Below are positions 62,426-64,000 of a stretch of DNA of 64,000 nucleotides, in pieces. The notes beneath the pieces were generated by a model. That model saw only the letters and a list, made by a program, of their open reading frames with translations. It was not told the DNA's origin and made no database searches. Position 1 is the first letter of the stretch, and every line of letters starts with the position of its first letter. A program made the translations under genes and the position numbers. The DNA is taken from contig NC_052146.1 of NCBI RefSeq assembly GCF_902713615.1, positions 128,133,875-128,197,874 on the forward strand. The letters are read 5' to 3'. The DNA is from Scyliorhinus canicula. Its lineage: Eukaryota.

Positions 62426-64000
62426 AAAACATTAGGATATTGATTCAAGATGCATTGGATATCATCATCCAACATAAGTGTATATTCAGTTGCTGTCATG
62501 TCTTTACATGCTTGTGCACCTAGCACAAATGGCATGACCCTATTGAAGAAATCAAGCTGCCGTTATAGACCTTCAGTCTGCAGGCTGCTGGAAGTATCTC
62601 AGCTTCTTCTTGAATCTTGCTGAGATCCAGTCTTGAAAGCAGATTTGCTGAAGCACCAATGTCAAGTTAAAACAAAATTGGGCAATTGTTAACTTGAACG
62701 ACTGTGTTCCATTCATTATTAGTATTGACTGAATTTATTTGCTGAGGATTGATTGCTGCTTCATTTGATTCCTCACACTTATCTATGAAGCTAATAAAAA
62801 AGGTATTCTTCAGTGAGTAATTGTCATTGTCTGATGAAAAGCTCTATTTGTCTTCTCTTTCTGTTGATTCAATACTCCGAACATTAATCTGCCTGTAGTT
62901 TTGTTCAGCAGATTTAAATGGAAGCAGAGATCTGCACTGTGCAGCAAAATGACTAAGTTTGGCACATTTAGAGAATTGTTTTCCATGTACTGGCCATTTC
63001 TTCTTTAAGTGGGCGGTTCCAAATCTATAAAACGTCATGACATTGACGTTGTGATGCACGATTCACCTTCGCGCATGCGGGGATCAGCTTTCGTCCGTCT
63101 CACGTTTTTTCACGAAGTACGCATGTGCAGGGTTCGAGTGCGCATGCGTGCAGGAGACTGCCGTCTGAAAAGTGCTCCTTCATCGATTGCAACACCATTT
63201 TTACACACTCAACCTCACAGTGGATTTTTGCGCCTTTTTCACGGGTATAATATTCATGGTATTGATTCTTGCTCTGCTGACGTACTAGACATTTTTCAAT
63301 CATTATTTCTAACGTTAAGTCTTGTTGTCTAAAAAGCCTTTCTCATTTATCCAAAATACAATCTGGTCACGAATTAACAAATCATGCAGTGCTGCAAAGT
63401 TACAGGATTGAGCTATCAGTTTTAAATCTGTCACAAAGCTAGTAAATGATTCCCCTGTTTTTTGCAATCTCTTGTGGAAAATAAAACGTTCAAATGTCTC
63501 ATTTGTTTGGATCTTGCGGTGGTCATCGAATTTACTTAAAATTACACCACATTTAACTTTCTACTGACCAGCAGAATTCTGAAATGAGTTATATATTTCA
63601 ATTGCATGCTGTCCTGCCATTGATAAGAGCAATGCGATTTTTATAGCATCACTTGCGATAGTTAAATCTGCAGCTTCCAAATATATCTGAAATTGTTGTT
63701 TAAACAGTTTCCAATCAGAGTTGAAATTACCAGTAATCTTGAGGTGGCGTGGAGTTTGAGCGTGGTCCATCAGGCAGTTATCTTCGAAGGATTCATTTGC
63801 TGCGACATTTCTCCAGTCGAATAGTTAATACAGATTTCTTCTCTTTATGATCTAACTAAATCACTATACTGTAGCTAGTTTTTTCAAAGCCAAAACCTGG
63901 TACCATGTTATATTACATGATTGTAATACCTTGTTACTCTTTGCTTACTCTCGGAATGGTCTGAGGGTTGTAGATCAATGAAACTATCAGTCTTCAATTT

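Larger units (their letters stand above)
58285..64000 (-). mobile_element. Degenerate two-LTR Gypsy element (5' LTR runs off the window)
   Basis: 3' LTR 58285-58660 with PPT at 58661-58672. 5' LTR from 63906 with PBS TGGTACCAG at 63905-63897. gag from 63770, RT (YVDD) 61682-61975, IN 59454-59741 and 58784-59020. Confidence 0.9.

Overview
Eukaryotic, repeat-dense vertebrate DNA. The HE1/V-SINE-type SINEs, CR1, Rex1/Babar, L1/Tx1 LINEs, Gypsy LTR elements and Harbinger MITEs suggest a cartilaginous fish, probably a catshark (inference from repeat content). Most of the window is decayed transposable elements plus a ~6.7 kb, 21-bp GC-rich minisatellite (49225-57229) split by an LTR insertion. The only host-gene signal found is an 87-nt minus-strand first coding exon (13434-13348, MPVQKMEWELVVLVACEVNEQIFTNQEVQ|GT). 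It is absent from the ORF track and matches the 29-aa alternative first exon of the short RCAN2 (regulator of calcineurin) isoform, so the sequence below it is probably rcan2 intron and the sequence above it promoter or upstream intron. Highlights: an 82-bp TSD-flanked insertion with a minimal type I hammerhead ribozyme (62342-62425); a chimeric Gypsy element whose pol was replaced by another family's gag-pol; SINE 3' tails that share a covarying stem-loop with Rex1/Babar LINE tails; and remnants of all three Harbinger components (transposase, Myb/SANT partner, MITEs with CWG target duplications). All assignments were made by eye, without database searches.
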